Positions 19,778 through 31,207 are shown, counted from the stretch's first letter. The stretch is DNA of 64,000 nt from Candidatus Bathyarchaeota archaeon (GCA_963806535.1 CAWDYC010000009.1:96001-160000), one strand, 5' to 3'. A program made the numbers and translations. The notes: generated from the sequence alone by a model not told the origin.

Positions 19778-20087
19778 AGCGGATTAAACGACGTTATTTA
19801 GCCCTCCAAATTGAATGCGAAACCTGCCATCTGAACGCGAATTTATCGATGCTGTTTGGGCTGCAGTTACCAAGCTTTACGGTGAGGTCGGGGCAAGTAC
19901 CACTGGTTTGAGCTTGATTAATTTTAATATGGAACGGAAAATTGCCGTTATCCGAACTTCACTGGTTGCATTGAGCATGGTGAAGGCTTCCATAGCTGCA
20001 ATTACGAGCATATCTGGTAAGGATGCGGTGGTTCATGTTTTAGCTGTTTCAGGTACACTTAAGGCTCTTTATTCTAACGTAAAATAG
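19774..20087 (+). CDS. rnp2: RNase P protein Pop5/Rpp14 (frameshifted)
   Basis: KRRYLAL start, LYGEVGAS, VSGTLKAL. Confidence 0.85.
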
Positions 20088-20187
20088 CTTTGCTAGATTT
20101 ATGTGTAAAGTTTTGTTGTTCTTTTGACAAGACATCTTGACGCTTTGTATCATTATTTGATGGACAAACTTACAAAAGTGTTAGAGA

Positions 20188-20215
20188 AACGTTTATCAAC
20201 TGCATGATAAGCGTT
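20188..20215. promoter_or_regulatory. Palindromic operator candidate
   Basis: AACGTTTATCA-actgca-TGATAAGCGTT (10/11 symmetric), 60-87 bp upstream of ATG 20275. Confidence 0.5.
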
Positions 20216-20274
20216 AATTTTATCATTACATACATGCTCAGATAGGGCTATAAAACGACACAGAGAGAATAAAA

Positions 20275-21499
20275 ATGGACTTACAAGACTTTTATTTCAA
20301 ATTACCAAAATTAAAAACCGAACCAATCATAGATGACACTACACTTCGCGACGGCATCCAAATGCCAGGTCTAGCTGCGGGACCAAGAGACGCAGCAAAA
20401 ATAGCCCAATTTCTCGCCGAAGTTGGAATTGAACGGATAGAGCTCTTTCATTATCAAGAGCCCGATAAAAAAGCGGCAAAACTCATCAAAGATCTAAATC
20501 TTGATCTTCGCGTTGCAGGCTGGTGCAGAGCTTTAAAAGAAGACATAGACAGTGCAGTAGCTTGCGGGTTCAAAGAAGTCGGCATATCACATCCAGTTTC
20601 CGACCTTCATTTTAAAGCTAAATGGCCAGAAAAAACAAGAGAACAAATCTTAGCCAACATGATTGATGTAGTTGAGTACTCAGCTAAAACCTGCGGATTA
20701 AGAACGTTTGTTCATGGCGAAGACAGCACACGAGCAGACTGGAACTTCGAGAAAAACTTTATCAACGCAGCAGCCGACGCAGGAGCCGAATGTTACCGCA
20801 TCTGTGACACAGTCGGCATCGGATTATCTGACCCAGACAGCGCCTCTACCTAACGGTATTCCAGCAAAAGTCTTAGCAATCAAAAAAGAAACAAAAATGG
20901 GCGCCATAGAAATCCATGCACACGACGACTTTGGAAATGCAGTTGAAAACACCATGGCAGCAATCAAGGCAGCTTCAGGAGTATGGGACAAAATCTACGC
21001 CAGCACAACATACCTCGGCATTGGCGAACGTGCAGGCAACGCAGAAACAGAAAAAGTGCTCTTAAACCTGTACTTGCATTACGGTGTCAAAAAATATGAA
21101 GGCAAAACTCAGCGGCTGAAGGCAACAGCGGATTACATTGGAAAGGCAACAGGCTACGTTGTTCCACCTAACAAAGCAATCGTTGGCGACTATGGTTTTG
21201 CACATGAATCAGGAATTCACACGCATGGCGTCTTAAGTGATCCGTGGACCTATGAGCCATACCCGCCTGAACTTGTTGGAAACGAGCGACGTTTAACGAT
21301 TGGGAAGCAATCAGGCAAAGGCATAATCAAACACAAAATAACAGAGCTTGCAGGCAACGAACCTGATGACCAAACTGTGGCAGGTGTAGTTGACAAAGTC
21401 AAAGAAATCTATGCTAATGGCAGAAGGGCATCACTTAAAGAGGAAGAATTCAAAAAAATCCTTCGCATACTAAAAATCCTGCCAGAAAACAACCACTAA
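20275..21499 (+). CDS. DRE-TIM acetyl-CoA condensing enzyme (homocitrate/Re-citrate/isopropylmalate synthase family; frameshift ~20840)
   Basis: DTTLRDGIQ, EDSTRAD, ICDTVG, HAHDDFG, GIGERAGN, HESGIH; no LeuA regulatory domain. Confidence 0.88.
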
Positions 21500-21579
21500 A
21501 CAATTTTTCTTTTTATTGTCCTGAGCGAAAAGGGAAAATACCAATTTGCTTAATGATGCTTAGGAGAGAGGACTATTCA

Positions 21580-21833
21580 ATGGTTGATATTTCATTAATC
21601 GTTATTGTAAGCAACACACTTGTTGTTTTAGCCACTTTCTTAGCTACTCTTTATCGAATTAAGATTGAACGCGACCAAATACGGACTTTAAAGGAAACGT
21701 GAATTCAAGTCAATGCTTGGAATCATTCCGCAAATACGTGAAAGCGGAGCGTTCAGAGCTTGCAAGCATGGATAAAGCAGAACTTGAAAAATTCTTAGAT
21801 TACTTAGCAAAGCTAGGTGAAAACAACCATTAA
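21580..21833 (+). CDS. Small membrane-anchored hypothetical protein (~84 aa, probable frameshift ~21700)
   Basis: MVDISLIVIVSNTLVVLATFLATLYRIKIERDQIRTLKE then a helical tail in another frame; GAGGA SD. Confidence 0.4.
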
Positions 21834-21868
21834 TTCTTCATCGAACTAAAGGGAAAAAGAAAATAATT

Positions 21869-22834
21869 TTAGGCTTGCTCACATTTTTGGAGAAGCCGTT
21901 GCCAGTTTCTATCGGTTAAGCTTTGTATCTCATCGATTACATGTTGGTTTTGCGGAGTAAACAGGTGTCTGAATCTGCCTTGCCCAGCTAAGTAGTCTTT
22001 AACTGGCTTCTTCTTTTGCGGTGCCAAAGCAATCAGTTTGCTCGGTGTTGAAAGTTGCCGGTTTCCTTTTACTGCTTCCCAAATTGGAAAAACACATGTT
22101 TCCACTGAAAGCTTTGAGTACTCCATTGTTTTGCCTGGTTCAGTTCGCCAACCTCTCGGGCAAGGAGCAAAAACATGCAGGAACGCTGGTCCTTCAACTT
22201 CTAAGCCTTTGCGAACTTTTGTTAGCATGTCTTTCCAGTAGTACGGTGTTGCAGTAGCCACATATTCCATGTCGTGTGCCAGCATGATTTCGGTGATTGG
22301 TTTTTTCGTTTCAAGTTTGCCTGGATTTACTGATCCAGCAGGAGTAGTTGTTGTTGCGGCGCCGATTGGTGTTGAGGAGCTTCTTTGGATTCCAGTGTTC
22401 ATGTAGCCCTCATTATCATAGAGTATAAAGAGGAAGTCATGTCCACGTTCAACAGCGCCAGACAATGCTTGCAAGCCAATATCGTAGGTTCCGCCGTCGC
22501 CAGCTAACGCAATAATGTCAATGTGCTCATCTTTGATTTTGCCTTTCTTTCGCATTGCTTTAATTGCGGCATCGATACCCGAAGCGTTTGCAGCGGCATT
22601 TTCAAAAGCTGTGTGCAGCCATGGCAGCGCCCATGAAGTGTAGGGGTAAATTGACCCGACTATTTCCATGCAGCCAGTTGCTTGAGTTACAATTGTTGGT
22701 CCCCGTGTAGCCTTCATTATCAGCCGCAGCGCTGCTGCTGGTCCGCAGCCTGCACATGCTCTGTGTCCTGAAAGGAACAGGTCTGGTTTGGGTGCAATAT
22801 CTTTTGCTGTGAATTTCCATTCTTGAGTTGTCAA
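21869..22834 (-). CDS. porB: Pyruvate:ferredoxin oxidoreductase beta subunit
   Basis: GHRACAGCG, TPP motif GDGG...DNEGYMNTG, APCPRGW. Confidence 0.93.
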   Translation of the reverse strand: MTTQEWKFTAKDIAPKPDLFLSGHRACAGCGPAAALRLIMKATRGPTIVTQATGCMEIVGSIYPYTSWALPWLHTAFENAAANASGIDAAIKAMRKKGKIKDEHIDIIALAGDGGTYDIGLQALSGAVERGHDFLFILYDNEGYMNTGIQRSSSTPIGAATTTTPAGSVNPGKLETKKPITEIMLAHDMEYVATATPYYWKDMLTKVRKGLEVEGPAFLHVFAPCPRGWRTEPGKTMEYSKLSVETCVFPIWEAVKGNRQLSTPSKLIALAPQKKKPVKDYLAGQGRFRHLFTPQNQHVIDEIQSLTDRNWQRLLQKCEQA

Positions 22835-22846
22835 CTTTGTTTCCTC

Positions 22847-24084
22847 CTATTCCCTTAATCCAAAGTAGTGAACTTCTTTTTCCACGTGTCCAGTTTTAAC
22901 GGTTCGTGTTAGCTCTTCGAAGATTTTTCGTAGGTCACGTGGGCTTGTGTCTCTGCCGCCTAAACCGAAAATGTAACTCACAATAGTCGGATGCTGTCTT
23001 CAAATCGTACAGTGCATTTCGGATTTCGCTAAAGACTGCACCGCCTAATCCGCCAGGAGTCATGCTTTTATCCATAACTGCAATGGCTTTAACGTTTTTT
23101 AATGCATTTCGAAGTTCTTCGACGGGCAGTGGCCTAAACGTACGTAACCGTAGAACCCCAGCTTTAACGCCTTCTTGTCTTAGCTGGTCAACTATCACTT
23201 TTAGTGTTCCAGCTGTTGAACCGACAACGACAACTGCAATTTCAGCGTCTTCAAGCTTGTAAGCGTCAATAAGTCCGTTGCCGTAGCTTCTGCCGCTGAT
23301 TTTAGCGTATTCACTGTTAACCTCTTGGATTTTCTTTAAAGCGTTTCTCATGCCTTCTTCCTGTTGCCGCTTAAACTCGAAATAGTAGTTCTGCAGTGCG
23401 TTTGGTCCCATAGTCATTGGGTTTTCTGGGTCAAGCTTGAAAGGCACGGTTTTTCCTTCGTGAGTAAGCACCATTGGAAATTGGCGTTCTCCAACGAACT
23501 GTTTGACTGCATCTTCTGAAAGTACTGTCTACTTTTTCAAGGGTGTGGCTAATTGTGAAGCCATCTAAACCAACAATTATCGGTAACGAAACGTCAACAT
23601 CTTCAGCTATCTTGAATGCTTGAATAATGGAGTCATATGCTTCCTGAGCATTTTCCACGTAAATGTGAATCCATCCGCTGTCTCGCTCTGCCATGCTGTC
23701 TGAGTGATCACCATGAATGTTCAGCGGCGAAGATAATGCTCGGTTAGCAACAGCCATCACAACTGGAGCTCGAGAACCAGAAGTGACAAAAAGCATCTCA
23801 TGCATCAACGCTAAACCTGCTGAAGCGCTTGCGGTGAAAGTTCGTGCTCCTGTCAGCTGAGGCTGCAAGACAAGCGGTCATAGCGCTGTGTTCTGATTCT
23901 GTGCAGACGATATTCTGTTTGAACTTCTCCGTTTGCAACGTATTCGCTGAATTTTTCAACTATGATTGTTTGGGGTGTAATTGGGTAAGCAGCAACTACG
24001 TCAACATCACATTGTTTGGCTGCTAAGGCAACTGCTTCGTCGCCGTTTAGAGCGCATTGTTTCCTGTTTAACTTGTTCCTTCAT
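22847..24084 (-). CDS. porA: Pyruvate:ferredoxin oxidoreductase alpha subunit (several frameshifts)
   Basis: [40 protein letters not shown] across fragments. Confidence 0.9.
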
Positions 24085-24085
24085 T

Positions 24086-24376
24086 TTACTCCTCGTCCTC
24101 GGGCAATTTCATGGTTATTGCTTTAGTTGGACATTCGTTTGCGCATATTCCGCAGCCTTTGCAGAAGCTGAAGTCAAACTCGATTTTGCCCATTTCTGGA
24201 CGCCACTTTATTGCGCCTTCAGGACAAAACATTACGCATGTTAAGCATGTTGTACATTTTTCTAGGTCTCTTACTGGCATGTAGGTTTTCCAGTCGCCTG
24301 TCATGAATCCAATGCTTGATTTTGAACATACTCCAGCTATTGAGACTTCTTTCCAAGTTTTTTCTTTGCTGCTCAT
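24086..24376 (-). CDS. porD: Pyruvate:ferredoxin oxidoreductase delta subunit, 2[4Fe-4S]
   Basis: TGDWK, CTTCLTCVMFCP, CKGCGICANECP. Confidence 0.93.
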   Translation of the reverse strand: MSSKEKTWKEVSIAGVCSKSSIGFMTGDWKTYMPVRDLEKCTTCLTCVMFCPEGAIKWRPEMGKIEFDFSFCKGCGICANECPTKAITMKLPEDEE

Positions 24377-24936
24377 TCACTTTTTGCCTCCACGTAAGCT
24401 TCTTTGATTACTGCAAAGTTCTTTTCTGCTAAGTCTGGTCTGAAACGTCCCTTCAACGTTTTTTGAATGCCTTCTAAGGTAACTATGTTTGTTGCTTTAG
24501 CAACACAGCCCAGCAACGCTGTATTTGTTATTGGTGCACCCAAAATTCTGAGGGCAATTTCAGTTGCTGGAACCGTCCAAACTTTGCCTTTTGTTACCCC
24601 AAGATTTTCTTTTACGACAGCGGGCTCCTCAGTTGAATTAATAATTAATACATCTTCATCACGGTTTAATCCAGCGGTTACTGGAACAGATTTCAGCAAA
24701 GTGTTATCTAAAACTACAACGACATCAGGCTCATAAATTGCACAATGCAACCTTATTGGTTCAGTGCTTATTCTTGTAAAGGCAGTAACGGGCGCTCCCA
24801 TTCTTTCAGGTCCAAATTCGGGGAATGATTGAATGTATTTGCCTTCATCAAGAGCTGTTCTTGCCAACAGTTCGCTGGCTGTCCAGGCTCCTTGACCGCC
24901 TCTACCATGCCATCTAAACTCTACCATGCTTTTCAA
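24373..24936 (-). CDS. porG: Pyruvate:ferredoxin oxidoreductase gamma subunit
   Basis: HGRGGQG, FGPERMGAP; TTG start after GAGGA. Confidence 0.92.
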   Translation of the reverse strand: MKSMVEFRWHGRGGQGAWTASELLARTALDEGKYIQSFPEFGPERMGAPVTAFTRISTEPIRLHCAIYEPDVVVVLDNTLLKSVPVTAGLNRDEDVLIINSTEEPAVVKENLGVTKGKVWTVPATEIALRILGAPITNTALLGCVAKATNIVTLEGIQKTLKGRFRPDLAEKNFAVIKEAYVEAKSE

Positions 24937-25240
24937 ATAATCCTCTTCTCCGATGACTTTTCCCATTAAATAGTCAAATTACCTTCATATACATTTTTCT
25001 AGTAAAATGCTTAAACCTGATGCTTTAATGTAAAAGATCAACTTTTCTATAGTTGACAAAAGGTATCACTTGAGTATGATTTAATTAATTACAACTCAAG
25101 ATCTAGCAAAAGATTGCTTCCAAAACAGGTCAAAGCTATCAAGCGTTGTAATGCAAGTAAGCAATAGAAGTTATATCTGCCTCGCACTTTCTATGAACAT
25201 TACATTTAGTGCTTCAAAACGAATGAAGGGTGAAGGGCCT

Positions 25241-26701
25241 ATGGCAGAAGTAGTCTTGACTGCTGATAGAACTTTAATGAGTAATTATCATAATAACGAA
25301 TTCCTCGGGTTTGGTACATGTGCCCCTCCCAATTTTATTCCAGAATGGCTTTACAGTTATCTTTTCTTTCCTCCATTAAAAACAAAGAGCGGTCACCCAT
25401 GTCAAGCACCTTATGGGTTAAGGAAAACTGAAGCTCAACTTTTAAAAGAAGGCTTCCACGTTGAAACGGTAAGCCCAAACCATTTAGGCAGACATCTCAC
25501 TAACGCAAAAGTTCTCGGCATACACACTATGGATCCATTTGGGTTAGGTCCAGCTTCCACAACTCTTGCATCCATTTTCAAAAAAGAACCCTACCTTGCA
25601 AAACACTTTCAAAGTTTACTAAAAAGCCCAGCAATTAAAAAAGCAAAACAAAATGGCTTAAAGGTTATTGTTGGTGGACCTGGCGCATGGCAATTTCGTT
25701 ACAGAGAAAAAGCCGTCAAGGATTTAGGGATTGACTGCGTTGTTGAAGGCGAAGCAGAAAATATTATTGGAAAAATTTTCAAAGGGGCAATAGAAGGAGA
25801 GCCGATTTTAAGCCATTATGAAGTTGGAGTTGGTGAAGCTCCAACTTTAGAAGAGATTCCTGATATTGTTCAGCCTTCGGTTAACGGTTTGGTTGAGATT
25901 GGCAGAGGCTGCTGCAGAGGTTGCCAATTTTGCAATGTTACACTAAGGCCTCTACGTTGGTATCCACTTGAAAAAATTAATCGTGAATTAAGCGTTAATA
26001 TTGATTCAGGCAACACTGGCACATGTCTACATGCAGAAGACGTCATGCTTTATGGCTCTAACAATACCACTCCAAATGAAGAGAAACTTGTGCAATTGCA
26101 TGAATTAGTAACAAAAAAGGTTACAGGGTTAAGTTGGAGTCACTGTTCCTTGGCTGCTGTTGCGTCAAAGCCTAAGTTGCTATCGAAATTGTCAGAGCTT
26201 ATCTTGCAGAATCAAACTTGGTGGGGAGCAGAAGTCGGCATTGAAACTGGTTCTTCAGAGATAGCGAAGAAGATTATGCCTGCGAAGGCTCATCCTTTTA
26301 GCGCTGATAACTGGCATGATGTAGTCGTTGAGGGCATGGGTGTAATGCATGATAACATGCTTGCTCCAGCTTGCACTTTGATTGTTGGGTTGCCAGAAGA
26401 GCAGGAATCAGACGTTATGAAAACAATGGAGTTAGTTGATGATCTCAAAGACATGCGCAGCCTCATTGTGCCATTGTTTTTTGTTCCACTGGGCAAATTG
26501 AAAAGTGAAGACTGGTTTACAGATACCCAACTTAGCGAAGTGCACAAGCAACTTTTGATTGCATGTGCCGAACATGATTTTCGCTGGGTCGACAACCTGC
26601 TTGACTTGTCTTTCTCAGGCAAATGGTACCAGCACATATCTAAAGAGTTCTACAAAGGCTTCTCAGCAATTGCAAAGCGCAAAGTACGGCAGATAGAATA
26701 G
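25241..26701 (+). CDS. Radical SAM protein with N-terminal B12-binding-like domain, function unknown
   Basis: APYGLRK, VGGPG, EGEAE, GRGCCRGCQFC, GIETGS. Confidence 0.88.
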   Translation: MAEVVLTADRTLMSNYHNNEFLGFGTCAPPNFIPEWLYSYLFFPPLKTKSGHPCQAPYGLRKTEAQLLKEGFHVETVSPNHLGRHLTNAKVLGIHTMDPFGLGPASTTLASIFKKEPYLAKHFQSLLKSPAIKKAKQNGLKVIVGGPGAWQFRYREKAVKDLGIDCVVEGEAENIIGKIFKGAIEGEPILSHYEVGVGEAPTLEEIPDIVQPSVNGLVEIGRGCCRGCQFCNVTLRPLRWYPLEKINRELSVNIDSGNTGTCLHAEDVMLYGSNNTTPNEEKLVQLHELVTKKVTGLSWSHCSLAAVASKPKLLSKLSELILQNQTWWGAEVGIETGSSEIAKKIMPAKAHPFSADNWHDVVVEGMGVMHDNMLAPACTLIVGLPEEQESDVMKTMELVDDLKDMRSLIVPLFFVPLGKLKSEDWFTDTQLSEVHKQLLIACAEHDFRWVDNLLDLSFSGKWYQHISKEFYKGFSAIAKRKVRQIE

Positions 26702-26769
26702 CTTTGTTTTAGAAGACTAAACTTAAATACTATATTGAAACTGAAAAGGTGCAGTAAGCATTGTGATGT

Positions 26770-26846
26770 GCCGTCGTGGCTCAGCCCGGTAGAGCGGCTG
26801 GCTGTTAACCAGTCGGTCAAAGGTCCGAATCCTTTCGACGGCGCCA
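26770..26846 (+). tRNA. tRNA-Asn(GTT), intronless, CCA encoded
   Basis: Acceptor GCCGTCG/CGACGGC, anticodon arm GCTGG-CTGTTAA-CCAGT, T arm AAAGG/CCTTT, 3' GCCA; TTAAATA upstream. Confidence 0.95.
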
Positions 26847-27042
26847 ACTCTTCTCTTATTCCAGCTTTTGGATTCTAATCATTTTTCTGTCCAATTATAG
26901 GGAAGTCAGCCCCATTTCTTTTTTCCAGTAGTGTAATTTTAATAATGCTGAAACAAGGTCAAATGCAAAAACAAAAGATGACGCCGATTGACAAGCCAGA
27001 TGTTAAGCAAAATTATTTCGATGATATTTCTAGTCCATTTTT

Positions 27043-27743
27043 TTACAAGCCAGTTAAAAGTACAGCTATTATACCGCTTAAAAACACACCGTCAAACGTG
27101 CCTGCTCCGCCTATGCTGGCTACTGGTGCACCCAGCTTGGGTATCTTTCGAAGGTTCAGCAGGTCTGCTCCAATAAGTGTTCCAAGGGTACCTGCTACGT
27201 AAGCAATTGTTTTTGGTTGAGCTGGAAAAAGAACAAGTGCGGCTACGGCAGCGGCTATTGGTGGAATAAATGCTGGAGTGGCTATCCCAACACCTTTGAC
27301 TGGTCTAGCTACTGCGTGAGTTACTATTGCGACAGCTAAAACGCCGATGAGGCTTAGCATAATTGTTGAAATTGATGATCGGCTAAGCAGGTAAAGGCTA
27401 ACAGCCGTTGGTATTAATGCGCCTCCAACATTAATTGCAAGTAATGTGACTGCTTCGCCATACTCAACTTGTGGGATACGATATGTTAAGACCAAACCAA
27501 TTAACATAATTATCTCGAATAACTGGTATTTTGGTTCTTAGTTTAAGCAAGTGGAATGTTTATGAAACTGCCAATTAAGGTGCCGATCAAGATCAAAAAA
27601 ACCGTAAAAGGAGTAAAACCGACATTTTGAAAAGCAATACTTACAGCACCTACAAAGACCAAAGCAACTACCGCAAACACTAGGACAAGTAATAGCGCGA
27701 AAAAGAGAAAATTATGCTGGAAATAAATTGTTTTCCTACTCAT
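27043..27743 (-). CDS. DUF1614-family membrane protein (frameshifted)
   Basis: GSFINIPL, AINVGGALIP, GTLIGADLLNL, SIGGAGTFDGVFL. Confidence 0.88.
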
Positions 27744-27879
27744 ACTTTCACTCTGCATTACTGATTTTCAAAAGTTAACTCTGAAAAGATTGGCTTATTT
27801 AGATTCCGTAATAAAAACATTACTGTACTAGATATCTTGAATACTAAAAAATATTAATATAATCTTTTGGGTTGACAAA

Positions 27880-29179
27880 TTAATGCCTTTTAAACTTAAA
27901 AAACAGAGCTGACAACCGCAACGATAGCTAAGACGATTGCTGTACCAGAGAAAACATACATTTCAGGCATTGAAAGATCTTTTTGAGAGTCAGTTGCAGA
28001 GGCCGTTGCAGAAGTCATCGGAATATCTGACAAGTCGTGAGGTCGTTCCAATAGAAAATATTTTTGTATCCTAATGATTCAACTGGGATAGGTTCCATTT
28101 GGGTAAACAATATCCAAGTTATAGCCGTATTCCTGAATAAGTTTTGATACATTTCTGCAAATACTATCAGTTATTGAATCTGGATTCCATAGTCCCCAGA
28201 TTCTATCGTTATGGACCACGGAAACCGTACGCATAATCCGCCGGGAGAACATATGCTGTTCTGTCGCTTACGGGGCTGATAGTTTGAGGGTTGGCTTTGA
28301 GCATACTGCCAAAACTCTTTAATCGCGTCAAGCTGTCCTTTGTGATCTAAGAACGTTTTGAGTCCAGTTTTGGTCTCCATCAAACACAATTATGTATTTT
28401 GCGCCATTTTCATAAGCCAATTTCATGTCATTCAAAAGTTCTGGACCTGACTCCATGTACGGTGGCGTGTTGTACTTCCAAGTTATCATAACACCCCAAT
28501 CTTTGTTCTGAGCCGTGGCTGCACCTCTAACGAGATCAAGGTTAAGTTGTTGGCTGTAATTCATGGTAAACTCTGCAAAAACCGTGTCGTATCCTGCCGC
28601 ATAATCATACCAGTAAAGCGAATAGTCTGAGGTAAACAATTGAAATTCATTCGGGTAAGCAAAATTTCGTGTGATCGCCATAAGTTCCATTACGTAGAAA
28701 GAAATTTACTATCTGGACATACTTTGTTGCAGCATCGTTAAAGCTAGTCGCGCTTGTGACCAGCAGGGTAACTTGCCTGGTCAAGTTGTTTTCCACCTGC
28801 TTCATCAAAATAATAAATTCCAAGAAAATTGTCACCATAAGTGTTCTTGGCGTCTGCAAGCCATTGGCTTGAGGGATATCTTGGATTATCGGTGTAGACT
28901 ATGAAACTTAAACCTTTATCATAGACATATTGGCTGATAATGCTAAGTCTTGTTAAATTGTAGTTTCCATAACATCCAATTACGAAAAGATTGGTGTATG
29001 AACTAACTTTATCAATTAATTGTTCTGTTGCAGGTACGCTTTCGAAGGAAACATCAACTCCTAAGAATATGTTCTGGCGGAGTACTTGCTGTAGCGGCGT
29101 TGGCAATCAAACTGTAATTTAAGAATAAAGGTAAAATCAGCAAGAAAACCAGTAGAACTATGAATAACTTGAACTTCAT
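27880..29179 (-). CDS. Hypothetical secreted/membrane-anchored protein, possibly glycoside-hydrolase-like barrel (multiple frameshifts)
   Basis: Colinear fragments: FLGVDV, YYFDEAGG, YWYDYAAGYD, WGVMITW, AYENGAKY; N- and C-terminal TMs. Confidence 0.6.
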
Positions 29180-29355
29180 TTGATTTAATCTCAATTCCAT
29201 AACCTAATAAGACTTTTCCAAAATCATTACAACTGGACAAAACCTAAATCAGCATGAAAAATAATGCCCTCAACATCAGGAAGCAAATCAGAATAAAAGA
29301 CTAAATAAAAGAAAACTTTCTTTGGCTTTTCAACAAAAATTCTTTATTCCGAGTG

Positions 29356-29388
29356 AATATGCAAAAGCTTTTTAGCAATTTGCATATT
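29356..29388. promoter_or_regulatory. Inverted-repeat operator candidate
   Basis: AATATGCAAA-N13-TTTGCATATT perfect 10-bp IR around a TTTTTA element. Confidence 0.45.
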
Positions 29389-29440
29389 AAATAATCATTA
29401 TCTCGGTTAAGGCAAAAAATGGGTTAGGGGATATAAGTTT

Positions 29441-29671
29441 TTGATAAATGAAGAAAACGTTTTTCGAAAACAAGAAGAACCAGCTCAAGTAATCCGTGAA
29501 AACAAGAAAGTTAGACGATGCACAGGCTGCCATCAACCTCTCGGCATCATATCAACTATGCTTTATGAGATTGATGAAAAACTTTACTGCTCTGAATGTT
29601 ATTCTCGCATGATAAGTAACAAGGCTCTTGAAAGAGATCATTCTGATTTAATGCAAGCAAAAGAAGCCTAA
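29441..29671 (+). CDS. Small treble-clef/LIM-like zinc-finger protein
   Basis: CTGC...LYCSECY. Confidence 0.65.
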   Translation: MINEENVFRKQEEPAQVIRENKKVRRCTGCHQPLGIISTMLYEIDEKLYCSECYSRMISNKALERDHSDLMQAKEA

Positions 29672-29762
29672 AAATTCCGCAGCAAAATCGTCTCAAACAG
29701 GATCTGGTTAAGTAGGGTTAGCTATTCATTCTTGTTTTTAAGAAACGTTAAACTTTGAAAAC

Positions 29763-31207
29763 TTAACCTTCTGCTACTGGAGGTCCTGCTTCGGCTTTCC
29801 TGATTCTGCCACCAATAATTGCAGGTACGATTGCAAAGGTGTTAACAATTGCAAATACGAAGTAGGTGTTTTTTAAACTTGCCAAAAAGAGCGCTATTCC
29901 TCCAGCAGGGATAGATTGAGGGTTAACAGCGGTTAATATTTGAGTTATTAGGTTGTAGGGTGCGGTAAAGGACATAACAAGTACCGCTAGGTTTAAGCTT
30001 ACAGTTAAGCCAATGTTTAAGAACAGTGTAAAGAGGGCTGAGCCTATTCCGTGTCTTTCAGGTGGAACCGAACTCATTACAGCTCTTAGGTTCGGGGCAA
30101 CAAAAAGTCCTGTGCCGACTCCCAAAATGATCATGTAAATGCTAAGTAATGGATAGGATGTTGTTGCAGTCGTTGTTGAGAAAAGAAATAGTGCTATACT
30201 GCTGAGAACTAATCCTGTTATTGTAAATTGCGATTGCCCATATTTGTCTGCTAATCTTGCCGCTTAGGGGTCCGACTGCTAAAAATGCTATTTCAAACGG
30301 TAGAATTCTTAAACCTGCCTGCAAAGGGCTAAGGTGGTCAACTAATTGAAATTGCAGGCTAAGCAGTAAGAGAACTCCTGTCCAAGTAATTATATTAAAC
30401 AACAAAGCAAATAATCCGCCTGAAACCTCCCTGATCCTGAAAACTTTCAGATAAATCAGCGGACAATCAACCCTTCGCTCATACAATAAGAAAACAATAA
30501 TCAAGGCGGCTGCACTTGCTAAAAGAGCATAAGATGTTGTTAATCCGCTTGTTCCATAGGCACCATATGTTAATCCAACCATTAAGCAGAACAAAAACGC
30601 AGTAAACAAAGCGAAACCTACCCAATCGATGTGTCTGTCTTTGTCTAGAAGTGCAGTTTCTTGAAGCCGTCTTCTTGCCCAGAAAGTTCCAAAAATTCCT
30701 ATTGGAATGTTAATGTAGAATAGTGCTCGCCAGTCAAAAAATGAAAGGATTAAGCCGCTAAGGGTTAAGCCTAAGAGTGCTCCTGCTCGGAAAGCGATTT
30801 GGTTTATACCTAAAAATAGACCCTAGCTGGTTTCTTGGCGCTGCATCTGTTGCTATCGCGATGCTGTTTGTGAACACTAATGCTGCACCTACACCTTGAA
30901 TACCTCTAAAAATGATGACTTCAGTTGGGTTTTGTCCAAGACTGGTAAGCGCTGAACCAACCGTAAATAATGCAAAGCCGTAAGTGTAGATTTTTACTCT
31001 TCCAAAGATATCGCCTAACCGTCCAATTATAGAAAGCGTTAAAGTGTTGGTTAAAACGTAGGCTTGAGTTATCCAAATTGCTTGTTCAATATTTGCTTTT
31101 AACTGCTCCGAAACTTGGGGTAGCCCAATTATGACTATTCGGGTGTCTAAACCAACCATTAAAACTCCGATTGTTGTTACTGTTAAAGCTAACCATTTGT
31201 ACTGCAA
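29763..31207 (-). CDS. MFS transporter, DHA2 type (frameshifted into 3 ORFs)
   Basis: LDTRIV, GRLGDIFGR, WRALFYINIP, APNLRAVM. Confidence 0.88.

Noticed and set aside
18598-19911. DUF54-Rpp30 and Rpp30-Pop5 fusions implied by the ORF track
   Set aside because: Single extra bases near overlapping stop/start junctions account for the read-through.
26770-29200. Integrated element at tRNA-Asn
   Set aside because: No integrase and no duplicated tRNA 3' end seen in the window.
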